Source: a virus
Taxonomy: Duplodnaviria; Caudoviricetes
Length of the DNA: 64,000 bases
Reading direction: 5' to 3' (one strand)
IMG/VR virus record: IMGVR_UViG_3300049009_000811
Location: 32,001 to 96,000 of that record
Shown: positions 45,263 through 55,100 of the stretch, in pieces
Position numbering within the stretch: the first letter of the stretch is position 1
Layout: each line of letters opens with the position of its first letter
The notes under the pieces: generated by a model
Seen by the model: the letters and a program-made list of their open reading frames with translations, nothing else
Databases searched by the model: none
Told to the model about the DNA's origin: nothing
Made by a program: the position numbers and the translations under genes

Positions 45263-45661
45263 TCAGTTTTGTCCTAGCTTGTACGCCGCGTAGGTAGATA
45301 TGAAAGTAAGAACTATCTTGAAAATCCAGTCGACGGTCTTTGACCACTTGTCGGAATGGTTCGACAGGGACAGGTCGAGGTTCGAAGTCCTGATGTCGAG
45401 TTCGTGCATTTTCGCCCGTATAGCCTCTATGTCGTCGGAGTGGATCGTCGTCTCCATCGACGCGACCCTCTGTAGTATCGACCTTATGTCTTCGGACACC
45501 AGATCCAGGTTGTTCTTGTACTCGTCGTCCTTCTCGTAGAGGATCTTTATCCTTTCGTCTATCCTCGACACCATGTTGATGACGGACTCTATGGAGTCGC
45601 GGATGTTCTTGTCGACTATGTCGACCTCTATCTGCCTGGAGTTGCTCTTTTGTTGTGTCAT
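45263..45661 (-). CDS. coiled-coil protein with C-terminal TM (XhlA/holin-like topology)
   Basis: Heptad pattern and hydrophobic C-terminus. Confidence 0.6.
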   Translation of the reverse strand: MTQQKSNSRQIEVDIVDKNIRDSIESVINMVSRIDERIKILYEKDDEYKNNLDLVSEDIRSILQRVASMETTIHSDDIEAIRAKMHELDIRTSNLDLSLSNHSDKWSKTVDWIFKIVLTFISTYAAYKLGQN

Positions 45662-45699
45662 AGGTTTCAGATTTCTCGTGTTCCGAGCTTATATATTAC

Positions 45700-46224
45700 A
45701 TGAACAGCGGAGACCTTATTGAAGAAATGAAAAAAACGGAAGAATTTTCCACGATCGAGATAATCGACAGTGTCGGAGACGAACTACGCGACATACAGAG
45801 CGTCCTCCCTAACATGAACTCCAAGGTCGTCGACCAGTCGATCGAGCCCCAGGAGAACAGCATAATATCGGACGAGGAGATAACCGGCATATACGCCGAC
45901 ATACTCGGTCTGATAAAGGAAGACAGGCAGCAGGTAAGCGGCTTCATAGACACCATGGCGGAGATGGTCATAAACGACGGCGACGCGACCACCTCAAGCA
46001 AGGAGGCTCTCGTGAACCTCATAAAGATAAAGGTGGACATGACAGACAAGATGTCCAAGGTAGCCGACATGATGACAAGGGTCAAACTCAAGGAAAAGGA
46101 CACTTTCCCGAAATACTTGGCGACAAACCAGAACAACACGATCAACATCAACGAGTCCGGATCAAGAAGGAACCTCATAGAGGCTATAAACAAGGCGAAG
46201 AACAACAAGGAAAAAAATGTATAA
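45700..46224 (+). CDS. hypothetical protein, possibly terminase-small-subunit-like
   Basis: Helical core and NQNNTININ tail; late-type box immediately upstream; function weak. Confidence 0.55.
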   Translation: MNSGDLIEEMKKTEEFSTIEIIDSVGDELRDIQSVLPNMNSKVVDQSIEPQENSIISDEEITGIYADILGLIKEDRQQVSGFIDTMAEMVINDGDATTSSKEALVNLIKIKVDMTDKMSKVADMMTRVKLKEKDTFPKYLATNQNNTININESGSRRNLIEAINKAKNNKEKNV

Positions 46225-47527
46225 CATAGCGATACAGGAATTGCTCAACGAAGCGGACCCAAGCATGAACCCTTCAGGCAACCCGCCAGCCGTGGGCGCC
46301 GGAGTGCCTCCGGGTCAGGAAGCCCCTGTAGCCCCCGAGGGCGATCCCAACGTGGCGAACACGCCTCCGAACATGAAGTCCGGAGAGGACGCCGGAAGCC
46401 CGCCGCCGGACGACGAGGTCCCGGACAGGTCGCAGGACCCAGAAGCCCCGGACATGCCGGACGAGAAGAAAAGCGAGAGCTTCGACGAGTGGCAGGACGG
46501 ATTCATGAGGGAAACCACCAAGGGCGACGTCAACAAGCTGATAGACATGATCCAGCAGATAAGGGACGAGGACCTCGACTCCTACCCGAGGAAGTTCATC
46601 GAGGACAACCTGCAGATATGCTTCCTGAGGCAGCACTCGAACATAGACAAGGCTAGCAAGGAGATCCGCAAGCTGGTAAAGGGCGAACTCGACCAGAACA
46701 GCCCGGCAGGATCACTGTCGAAGCACATAAGCTCGGTGCTCCAGACCATGCCTGAACTCAACAACGTGTTCATCAAGGTCAAGGGTCTGCTCGGGGCAAA
46801 GGGCGACATGCACCGCAAGTTCGTTGCTGCCCTCACCGGTTCGGTGCAGGTCGGGAGCGGAGCCAACAGCGAGGACATCATCTACAACGAGAGGGAATAC
46901 TCCATCAGGATATCGACCAGGTTCAACGACAAGTGGGGCAGGGTCGAGATAGGCAAGTGGGCTCTAAAGGAAGAGGATCCGGGCAAGTACCTGACCGAAC
47001 CGGAACAGAAGAGGCTGGAGGAGGGAAGCCCGGAAGAGAGGGACGTGCTGCGCAGGAGGATCGTGATGGAGAGCATCGGCGACTCCTTCAGGAAAAGGGC
47101 GTTCATAATCCACGTGGTATCCACCGACGGCACAATCAACATGGTCGGTTGGGACATGGCGACCTCGCTGAGGAACGCCTACACGGAAGGCAAGCTCATG
47201 GTGAAGACTCTCCTCTCGCAGAACTCCGAGGCGATGATAGACAACGACGGCAAGATCATACCCTCAGTCGACCTCAAGGTCGTGTACATCAAGGAGACAG
47301 GCGAACTTGACGAGGACGGAAAGCCGGTCAAGGAGGAGAACGACTTCCTGGAGAGGATAGACGGCATACTGTACCTCACGGCGACACAGCAGATAATAAA
47401 GGAGGCGGCAGCCTCCTTCACAGGTCTCTCGTGGAAGGAGACGCCGTACAACGGGAACCCGAGTGACCTCAAGGTTCTGATGCGGTGCGTCCCGAACGCC
47501 ACGGAATTGCTCATGAGACAATGTTAA
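46217..47527 (+). CDS. hypothetical late protein with Pro/acidic N-terminus
   Basis: 436-aa ORF with RBS. Confidence 0.75.
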   Translation: MYNIAIQELLNEADPSMNPSGNPPAVGAGVPPGQEAPVAPEGDPNVANTPPNMKSGEDAGSPPPDDEVPDRSQDPEAPDMPDEKKSESFDEWQDGFMRETTKGDVNKLIDMIQQIRDEDLDSYPRKFIEDNLQICFLRQHSNIDKASKEIRKLVKGELDQNSPAGSLSKHISSVLQTMPELNNVFIKVKGLLGAKGDMHRKFVAALTGSVQVGSGANSEDIIYNEREYSIRISTRFNDKWGRVEIGKWALKEEDPGKYLTEPEQKRLEEGSPEERDVLRRRIVMESIGDSFRKRAFIIHVVSTDGTINMVGWDMATSLRNAYTEGKLMVKTLLSQNSEAMIDNDGKIIPSVDLKVVYIKETGELDEDGKPVKEENDFLERIDGILYLTATQQIIKEAAASFTGLSWKETPYNGNPSDLKVLMRCVPNATELLMRQC

Positions 47528-47538
47528 GGAGACCAAAA

Positions 47539-48036
47539 ATGCAGTTCAACGAATTCATAAACCACAGGCAGAGGGAGGACAGGGAACACCTAGCCCTCCT
47601 CGCCAGAGTGCTGAAAAGCGGAAACGACAAGTTCGAGATCAAGACGTTCTTCGACGACGACGACCCGTACATATACGTGAAGTCGCCTTACGAGACATTC
47701 AGTTTCGAGGGCATAAGGGTGTATCCCCGCGGCGACACCTTCGCGTACAAGGTCCAGAACGAGGAGGACACGCATCCCTACGGAAAGGCTTACTCGCTCG
47801 ACCTAGAGAGGATGTTCTCGGACTTCATGGGAGATAACCTGGAGGCGGAGGACGCAGCCAAGCAGGTGATGCTCAGCGCCAAAAGGGAGATAAGGACTTT
47901 CTTCAAGAAGACCGAGGAAGCCGAGGAGAAGATATCCGATTCGCCAGCGAAGTCGCAGTATCTGCTGAAGACCGGCGGGGCTGGCGACCTCAGCGCACCC
48001 CAGGACTACAGCACGATGGTCACGGGCAAAGTCTAA
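47539..48036 (+). CDS. hypothetical late protein (MQFNEF)
   Basis: AAGGAG RBS. Confidence 0.75.
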   Translation: MQFNEFINHRQREDREHLALLARVLKSGNDKFEIKTFFDDDDPYIYVKSPYETFSFEGIRVYPRGDTFAYKVQNEEDTHPYGKAYSLDLERMFSDFMGDNLEAEDAAKQVMLSAKREIRTFFKKTEEAEEKISDSPAKSQYLLKTGGAGDLSAPQDYSTMVTGKV

Positions 48037-48068
48037 CCGCCGTGAATCGCGGCGGTCGAGGCATTCGC

Positions 48069-48443
48069 TCAATGATCCGAATCATATTCGTCCGAGTAAT
48101 CGTCTTCGTCGTCCGAGCAATCACTCTCGTACGCCCTGTCCGCGACACAACTTTCGGCAAAGACCGTACATCTGTTGCCGTTCATTTTTTCTCGCCAGTT
48201 GATTTTATGGATGTTCCTGTATGTCGCCATTTCCATGAATTCTTTGAAATCATCGTAAGTGACCATCTCATCCGAGATGCCATCGTTCACGAGTTTTTCC
48301 ATTTCCTCATCATTCTCGGCTTCGAATATCACTTGCCCCTTGATGACCGGGTATGTCTCGCTCTCTCTGGAACCGGCGCCGGATTCGCCAGGGTCTTCCC
48401 AGGTCTCCCAAACAATGTCAAGAGTGTTGGATACAATTTTCAT
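48069..48443 (-). CDS. acidic hypothetical protein
   Basis: AAGGAG RBS. Confidence 0.7.
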   Translation of the reverse strand: MKIVSNTLDIVWETWEDPGESGAGSRESETYPVIKGQVIFEAENDEEMEKLVNDGISDEMVTYDDFKEFMEMATYRNIHKINWREKMNGNRCTVFAESCVADRAYESDCSDDEDDYSDEYDSDH

Positions 48444-48497
48444 GAAAAATCTCCTTAAGATAACGGCGCTTCGAAGCAGCCGAGGTAACGCCATTGA

Positions 48498-48881
48498 TTA
48501 ACCGCCGAAAATCTCGCCGTTCTTCTCGATCTCGTCGAACAGGTTTGGTCTCTGCCTCAATATGGACTTCACCATCGAATCCCACCAGAGGTACGCCATG
48601 CCTATCGGCTTCGGCATCTTCTCGAAAACGTTCCCTTCATCGCTCTGCTCCAGATTGTTGACGCTCTCGAGGAACGCGACCATCTGATCCTCCTTGTTCT
48701 TCCTGCTTTCCTCGTCCAGTTTCTTTATGAAGAACATGTCGTTGGTGACCATGTACCAGAAGACGTCCTGCATGACGATGATGTCGTTGTAGTCGACCTC
48801 GATGCCGCTGGATATGTCGACGCATACGGGCAAGACCATCTTCACGAACCTCTGCGCCACGGTCTCTGATCTAGATGCCAT
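48498..48881 (-). CDS. hypothetical protein
   Basis: Operonic ORF with RBS. Confidence 0.7.
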   Translation of the reverse strand: MASRSETVAQRFVKMVLPVCVDISSGIEVDYNDIIVMQDVFWYMVTNDMFFIKKLDEESRKNKEDQMVAFLESVNNLEQSDEGNVFEKMPKPIGMAYLWWDSMVKSILRQRPNLFDEIEKNGEIFGG

Positions 48882-48885
48882 GATT

Positions 48886-49212
48886 CTATCCTTTCACGAT
48901 TAATATTGCGGAAACGAAACCAGCCATGAATATGAAGAAATCGACCATCGAAAACAACGGCTTGGCGACGACGGCGTTTCGCGGCTCTGCCTTCTGGGCT
49001 TTCTCCGGGACCGGCATGACGGAATCCTCCACCGGGGGTTTCGAGGCGACGGGAGGGATCGGGGGCATCGAAGTAACCGGGAGTATGAGGGTAGTCTCCC
49101 TGTTGCACCTTGGGCAGAAGAAGCTCTCGAAGACCTTGGAACTCCTGCTCCTAATGCCCATCTTCCTGCATCCGTCGCAAAGATACAACGTCTTTTTCTC
49201 GAGAGTTTTCAT
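48886..49212 (-). CDS. Zn-ribbon protein with C-terminal TM
   Basis: CDGC..CPRC, Pro linker, TM. Confidence 0.65.
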   Translation of the reverse strand: MKTLEKKTLYLCDGCRKMGIRSRSSKVFESFFCPRCNRETTLILPVTSMPPIPPVASKPPVEDSVMPVPEKAQKAEPRNAVVAKPLFSMVDFFIFMAGFVSAILIVKG

Positions 49213-49709
49213 TAATTCAACCCAGCCTTCGACAACTCGAACAGGTTCTGCATCTTGCCGTACACCAAACCGCCCAACGAATGGTTCTCGTCCCAGGTTT
49301 CCCAGTCTCCGAGCGTCACCTTGTCGCCGTCACGGCTTATATCGGCGACATAGGACTTGCTGGTCTTGAAGCTCGAGTACTCGATGATCAACGATTCCTT
49401 CCTGTCGGGATAGTCTTCCAAGCTACCCATTTCGCCGATGTGGTCGGTCACTTCCTTGATCGAGCTAGGCAACTGCTTCTCCACGAGCCAAGCCTCCGCG
49501 ATAAACACGTACTCCCTCAGTTCCCCGCTCGCTATCATTTTCTTCAACGATTCGATGGATTCCATTTTCTCGTCCTGGTTTTTCCAGAAGCACGGCTGCA
49601 ATCTCGTCACGCCATTGACGTTGAGGATGTACAGCGTTACATGAGAGCCATCGCTCTCGAATGCGGACCTGGATAATCTCTTTAAATCATCAATCTGGTC
49701 TATCAACAT
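49212..49709 (-). CDS. hypothetical protein (FIAEAW motif)
   Basis: AAGGA RBS; coupled to the downstream ORF. Confidence 0.7.
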   Translation of the reverse strand: MLIDQIDDLKRLSRSAFESDGSHVTLYILNVNGVTRLQPCFWKNQDEKMESIESLKKMIASGELREYVFIAEAWLVEKQLPSSIKEVTDHIGEMGSLEDYPDRKESLIIEYSSFKTSKSYVADISRDGDKVTLGDWETWDENHSLGGLVYGKMQNLFELSKAGLN

Positions 49710-49741
49710 ATTGCGATCCTTTCTCGATTTGTTTTATATCC

Positions 49742-49909
49742 TTACCAACACCTTTTAAGCGTCGCCGTCACGTCGACGTACTCGACCGCCTGCGGCTTGT
49801 CCGTGTAGACTCTGGCGCTGCCGTTGACGGAACTTTCCCACCTGGAGCTTTGCGTCGAGGAACACCCGGCTACAAACAAGGCTGCGAAGGCGAAAATCAT
49901 TGTCTTCAT
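49742..49909 (-). CDS. small lipoprotein
   Basis: MKTMIFAFAALFVAG-C lipobox; AAGGAG RBS. Confidence 0.7.
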   Translation of the reverse strand: MKTMIFAFAALFVAGCSSTQSSRWESSVNGSARVYTDKPQAVEYVDVTATLKRCW

Positions 49910-49951
49910 CTTTCGGACTCCTTTCCTAAACATATCATACTGGAGAACTAA

Positions 49952-50506
49952 CTACAGTAAACTGTTTTCCATGAAATCGACATAGTCAGAGAATGTTTTG
50001 GGGCATCCCCACTCGAACACGAAGGTGTGACCCTTCATCTTCGAGTAGAACTCGCCGATCCTCATCGGCTTGAACCTGCCGACGCTCACTTCTTTCCCGA
50101 TGCCGGGATACGATATCCTGTTGCCTTCCTCGTCTTTGTCCGAAGTGCCTATGAGGTAGGCGTTCTTGTTGTCGTACTGCTTGTACAGTACGGAATCCTG
50201 GTTGTACTTCGACCCGACGTCCTTGATGAACCGCTTGAGGCTGCCCACGTCGTCGCCGTCTTCGCCGAACACGAGGAAAGATATCTCCCTCTTCGGCTCC
50301 TTCTGCGAATCCGATCCGTAGCCTTCTATGTAGTGACCCTCAAGCCTCGCGAACTCGAGACCGGCGTCCTTGATGTCGCTCTCCAGCCTGTCGCTCCTCT
50401 TGAGGTTTTCAGCCTTGTCGTGTGCGGAGCGGAAAGCCGAGACTATCCCGATTGTCTTTTTCTCGATCCTGCCGAACAGTGACGATATCGATTCCTTTTT
50501 CCTCAT
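49952..50506 (-). CDS. conserved phage protein (DUF3293-like)
   Basis: GIVSAFR..N..R...L...G.Y.E...E.SF...KYNQDSVL. Confidence 0.65.
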   Translation of the reverse strand: MRKKESISSLFGRIEKKTIGIVSAFRSAHDKAENLKRSDRLESDIKDAGLEFARLEGHYIEGYGSDSQKEPKREISFLVFGEDGDDVGSLKRFIKDVGSKYNQDSVLYKQYDNKNAYLIGTSDKDEEGNRISYPGIGKEVSVGRFKPMRIGEFYSKMKGHTFVFEWGCPKTFSDYVDFMENSLL

Positions 50507-50514
50507 GGTTCACC

Positions 50515-50940
50515 TCAAAGTCTATTTATGAGTTCCCTGAGCTTTTCGTACTCGCTCTTTTTCTTTTTCGGCTTCACGACCTCGGCTTCGGCGACTGGCT
50601 TCTTCTCCACGTGCTTCGAGGTCGGCAGGGAGTTCGTGCATGAGTGGCAAACGGACGGCCAGTTCCCGTCGCGCGACTTGCCGTTGCTGCCGTTTATGTC
50701 GGAGAAGCAGTGAGGGCAGTGCGTGTAGTTGGGACCGCCTCCATACATGTCCAAACTGTATGTCGGGTCCGCGAGGAAGAAATGGGGCAATACGGGAACG
50801 TTGTGGAGGTAGTAGTCGAACATGTCGGCGTCGCAGTGCAGCCCCCTGAACCTGGCTCCGCAGCTGTCGCAGTCCCATATGGAGTACCTGCTGTAGTCGG
50901 AACGGAAAGAAACGTCGCATTTCGGGCATTTGTATTTCAT
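50515..50940 (-). CDS. multi-CxxC Zn-finger protein under an outlying motif A
   Basis: CPKC, CDSC, CPHC, CHSC. Confidence 0.7.
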   Translation of the reverse strand: MKYKCPKCDVSFRSDYSRYSIWDCDSCGARFRGLHCDADMFDYYLHNVPVLPHFFLADPTYSLDMYGGGPNYTHCPHCFSDINGSNGKSRDGNWPSVCHSCTNSLPTSKHVEKKPVAEAEVVKPKKKKSEYEKLRELINRL

Positions 50941-50979
50941 GGAAGACCCCGTCTTTCTCTTTGGTTTTACTCTGGAACA

Positions 50980-51011
50980 ACCATGGGGTGCCAAACTATC
51001 AGCGAACGGCT
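50980..51011 (-). promoter_or_regulatory. isolated motif A copy
   Basis: Reverse complement AGCCGTTC-GCTGATAGTTT-GGCACCC-CATGGT, 40 bp upstream of ATG 50940. Confidence 0.8.
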
Positions 51012-51424
51012 CGCTCGCCGAAAACCTCGCCCAGCCCAAGGCTTGAGACCTTGTCCTTTATCTCCTTGATGGTGGAGACACCGCAGTTCCTGACCTCCCT
51101 CATGTCCATCTCTGTCTTCTTGGTCAGTTCACCGACGGTGGTCACGTTCATCCTCCGCAAAGCCTTCCTAGCCCTGGCGGAAAGCCCGAGGCTCGTCACC
51201 GGGATGTCGAGTATCTCCTCCCGAGACTCGGCGGAGACGGTTCGCCTCCTGCCCAGGAGCCATTCGTTGACAGCCTTGATCTCGTACATCTCCATGTCAT
51301 TGGATTCCCGGTATTTCATCAAGGCGTATATGGGCTTGGGGAATCCATCGCTCGACACCATCTCGTCGATGTCATGGGGAAGGACGGACAGCATCGTCAC
51401 GAGGTCTTTTTTGCGTATGAACAT
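50999..51424 (-). CDS. AlpA/excisionase-like HTH fused to RNA polymerase alpha C-terminal domain
   Basis: LDIPVTSLGLSARARKALRRMNVTTVGELTKKTE..M.EVRNCG..T.KEI matches the alpha-CTD pattern; N-terminal GFPKPI...V.EW. Confidence 0.75.
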   Translation of the reverse strand: MFIRKKDLVTMLSVLPHDIDEMVSSDGFPKPIYALMKYRESNDMEMYEIKAVNEWLLGRRRTVSAESREEILDIPVTSLGLSARARKALRRMNVTTVGELTKKTEMDMREVRNCGVSTIKEIKDKVSSLGLGEVFGERAVR

Positions 51425-51496
51425 TTCTGAAAGCCTCCAAGGGGAATACGGAAGACAACCGCATATCAATTATATTGTTTTTTTGGTCCCGGTAAA

Positions 51497-51504
51497 CATA
51501 AATA
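51497..51504 (+). promoter_or_regulatory. T4-like late promoter box (CATAAATA); related (C/G/T)ATANATA boxes at about 10313, 13266, 21323, 27238, 30405, 30739, 33240, 45225 and 45689
   Basis: Resembles T4 TATAAATA and recurs just upstream of late-type ORFs. Confidence 0.6.
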
Positions 51505-51509
51505 ATCGG

Positions 51510-52049
51510 ATGCCAGACCTATTCACGCCAGCTACGATGGACGCAAGCTCATATGGTCAGACCGGTTACGGTCCCACCAAGGACGTCAGCCAGTCCGTCA
51601 TGAAGCCGAACCAGACCGTGCAGAAGGGAAGCCTGATGGTGTTCAGGTACACCTTCAACAAGCCGAACCACGATCCGTACCCGATGGTCCTCGTCACGGA
51701 CAGGGACTATCCCGTCCCGTACAGGAACCCGACCAGGTTCGACGTGCGCGGGGTGAACCTGCATTACCTGGCTTTCAACGACATCAGGGTCCTGCTGCAG
51801 GCGAACTGCAATAACGTCAATTTTTCTTACGATACTTTGAAGCAGGGGCAATATATAAACCTGACAAGTGCCTTTAGGCAGTACAAGAAAAGCGGCATAC
51901 GGCAGGTTAAGGTTTTGGACTGCGCATTTCTTCTCAATGTTCTCGCTTCAGTAAGGTCAATAAGTCCTTCAGAAGTTGAAGCGATCCGAAAATCTGTGCG
52001 GGAACAAATATCACGAATGACTAACCCGATGGCTGCGGCGACACCATGA
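51510..52049 (+). CDS. T4 gp2-like DNA end protector
   Basis: F.Y...HD.YP.VLV...GVNLHYL...Y..LK...AFR.Y. Confidence 0.7.
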   Translation: MPDLFTPATMDASSYGQTGYGPTKDVSQSVMKPNQTVQKGSLMVFRYTFNKPNHDPYPMVLVTDRDYPVPYRNPTRFDVRGVNLHYLAFNDIRVLLQANCNNVNFSYDTLKQGQYINLTSAFRQYKKSGIRQVKVLDCAFLLNVLASVRSISPSEVEAIRKSVREQISRMTNPMAAATP

Positions 52050-52119
52050 AATTAGTCTTTTGCTTTCGTAAACGGCGGGATTCGCAGTCTATTAAGTAAA
52101 GGGAAAAAAAGGTTCATAA

Positions 52120-55100
52120 ATGGCTCAAATTTCGGACAACCTGGGAAGAGTAGTGGCAGCTCAGAACACCGCCAACATGACCCTGGAGCAGATAAGGGAC
52201 ATGCTCGGCACCAAGCTGAAAAGCCCGGTGGGCGAAGCCAAGTCGTTCGGCAAGGAAAAGTCGGCGGACCCGGCGCTCCAGAAAATCTCCGACATGTTCA
52301 CGCAGTACGTCAAGGACTTCAAGGCGGACGTAGACGACCGCAAGACCTACATCGACGACATGAAGAAGGTGCTGGAGGAAATAAGGGACAAGAAGGAACA
52401 GACCGGCAAGGAGAAGAAGGATTCGACAGCCGAAGCCGCGGACCTGTCGTTCATGGAGCAGTTCGCGAAGATGGCGATGAGCGCCACGTCCATATACACG
52501 AAGGACGAGGATGCGAGAAAATCCCTGACAGAGATAAGCACCACATTGAAGACCATGCAGCAGAGTTCCTCCACCAAGGTCGAGAGCGCTGTCTCGTCGA
52601 TGGTCGAAATCAAGGGCATGGACAACCTGGAGAAAATGGCTCTTAGGGGCATGAAGCCCGGATCCATCTACACCAACGACGCCGGGGTGAGGAAGGTGCT
52701 GCGCAAGATATCGTCCACACTGAACAAAGTCGCGGAAAAGATGGGCGTGGTTTCGGACGTGGAAAAGTCCATAAAGCCGCCAAAAGACCCGAAGCCTCCG
52801 AAACCGCCGAAACCTCCAGGGGGCAAGAATCCCTCAGAGCATCTGGATGACATAGTCGGTAAACCCCCGGTTGAACCCAAGGAAAAAAAGACGGAGAAAA
52901 AAAGGGATCAAAAATTCGATCCATATGCCGCGAAAAGGTGGGCTGACAAAACCGAAGAGATAATATCGCAAGGGCTCATGGGAATAAAGCTTACCGATTA
53001 CATCAGCTTCGAGTCGCTTCTTGTCCAGGAGAGGAAATTGGTGCAGGAGACAAGGAAGATAGCCTACGAGATAAATGGCGCCACCAAGGGAAGCAAAGCC
53101 CTCACCGAATCGTTCGACGCCATGGGCAAGACGTCAGCCATGACGGGAAAGACTCGCGATGAATTCCAGAAATTATATGTGGACAACCTCAAGAAGGGCA
53201 TCAGGGAAGCCAAGACGGCGCAGAAGATAACCGTCGCCCAGCTCAACACGGAAGAACAGCTCGGGATGGAAGCGCAAGCTTTGGGCGATACGTTCTCGGA
53301 CATGAACCTCAAGCTGAAGATGAATTCCTCGCAGGTGGCCGAAGTCGGCAGGGGGATGAGGGAGGTCGCAAGAAACACAGGCATGACCGGCAAGGAACTT
53401 GCTGGGGTGATCACGAGTTCTGCGACATTCGTGAACAACATGCGTAAAGCCGGGACGCTGACGACCGCTTCCTACAAGAACATCGTGGAACTCCAGGCGA
53501 ACCTAAAGAAGGTCGGCGAGGAAGGCGGAGGGATGATGGACGCTCTTTCCAGCACGAACAAGCTGCTGGCTGCCGACTCTAAGATGTTCAACTTGCTCGC
53601 CATATCCGCCTCGAGGGCTGGTCTGACGACTGAACTGCTCAACGGAAGCATCACGAAGAGCAAGGACAGCCTCAAGGGAATGGCTGGAGGATTCAAGAGC
53701 ATAGCCAACCAGTTCGGCATAGCCGGAGAGACCGCCGAGGAGATGAGGAAAAACCTCGAGGAACTCGACGACGCCACGAAGAGGAACATAAACATATCTC
53801 TGGAGTCGGCTTTAGGTGTGGAGGCTGGGCAGCTCATATCGCAGTTCGAGGCTATATCCAACTCGAGCAAGACCCTCGCCGACAAGCTTTCCGACCTCAA
53901 CGCCAAGAAGAAGACGAACATAACCCTTGACGAGAAAGCCGGCATAGCCGAGGAGGAGAGGAAACTCAGGCTAGGCAAGTCGCTGGAAGTGCTCACCGCC
54001 CTCGACAAGGCTGCTTCGTCTGCCACCAACATGGGGGACGCCCTCCAGAGCTTCAGCAAGAAGAGGAGCGAATTCGAGGGCGACCTCAACGCCCTTGGCG
54101 TCGCATGGACATCCGAGACGGACGTCGCCAGGAAAGCTATAGAGGGATCGCTCCAGGGAGTGAACAAGCAGCTCAAGGATGCCGGAAAGAAAGAGCTAAA
54201 GATAGACGCGTCGCAGATAGAGAAGGCTCTCAAGGACCCTGCTGCCATCAGGGAACTGACGGCTCAGATAACGAAGGCTGAGCAGGAGGCTTCGACCGCT
54301 TCCAAGGCTCAGCTCGACCCGGCATCCGCGTCGGCTCAGAGCCTCAAGGAAATAAACGACAGCATAAGGAATCTGGTCGGCGGCGGCTTGAGCGCGGTAT
54401 TCAGTTCCGCCTTCGGCGGAATGTTGGCTACCTTGGGTCTAGTCGTATCCTTCGGGGCGATGGCTGTAAGCTGGCTTTCTGGGATCTACAGCTACTTGAG
54501 GTCAGGTGATCAGCTAAATAATTTCATACAAGCCTATGAAATGTCAGGACAGAGAAAATTAGAAGAAACAACATCCAAGTCAACCCAGAATCTCAACAAA
54601 GAAGCGACGACAGAGGGTTCAATCTACACGCATGACAGCCACTCGGAGAAGATACTGAACGAGATCCTCGCGGCGCTTAGAGCCGGCAAGTCGCAGGCTG
54701 GAGCCGGAGCCGGGACAGGTGGCGGCGGCGGCTTCAACGTGACGAAGTTCGACCCTCTCAAGTCCGAGCACCACGACCTGGGGATGTCGGCGGCGAAGAA
54801 AAAGGACGGACAACTTAGGGCGGCTGGCAAGAGCGGTATGTCCGATGAAGCAATGAAGAAGATGGCTGCGGGAATAGCGGCGAAGAAGGAGTCGGCGATT
54901 CAGGGCGGCGCGGTCGGGTTCAGGGACCAGAAGAAGCTGGCTGCGAAGACGGGCGGCGGCGAAAAGTTCAACAAGGCTCTGGAGAGGGCGGAGGAGAACC
55001 ACACCAAGAGGAGGATTAAGTTCCAGCGGCAGGAGATGGCTCACGACATGAGGCGCATCAAAGGCGAGAAGAAGTGCGACCCATGCCCCGACACCAAGGA

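Noticed and set aside
50961-51509. N-terminal extension of the 362-aa ORF 50961-52049
   Set aside because: It overlaps the alpha-CTD gene antisense; the real start is probably ATG 51510 after CATAAATA.
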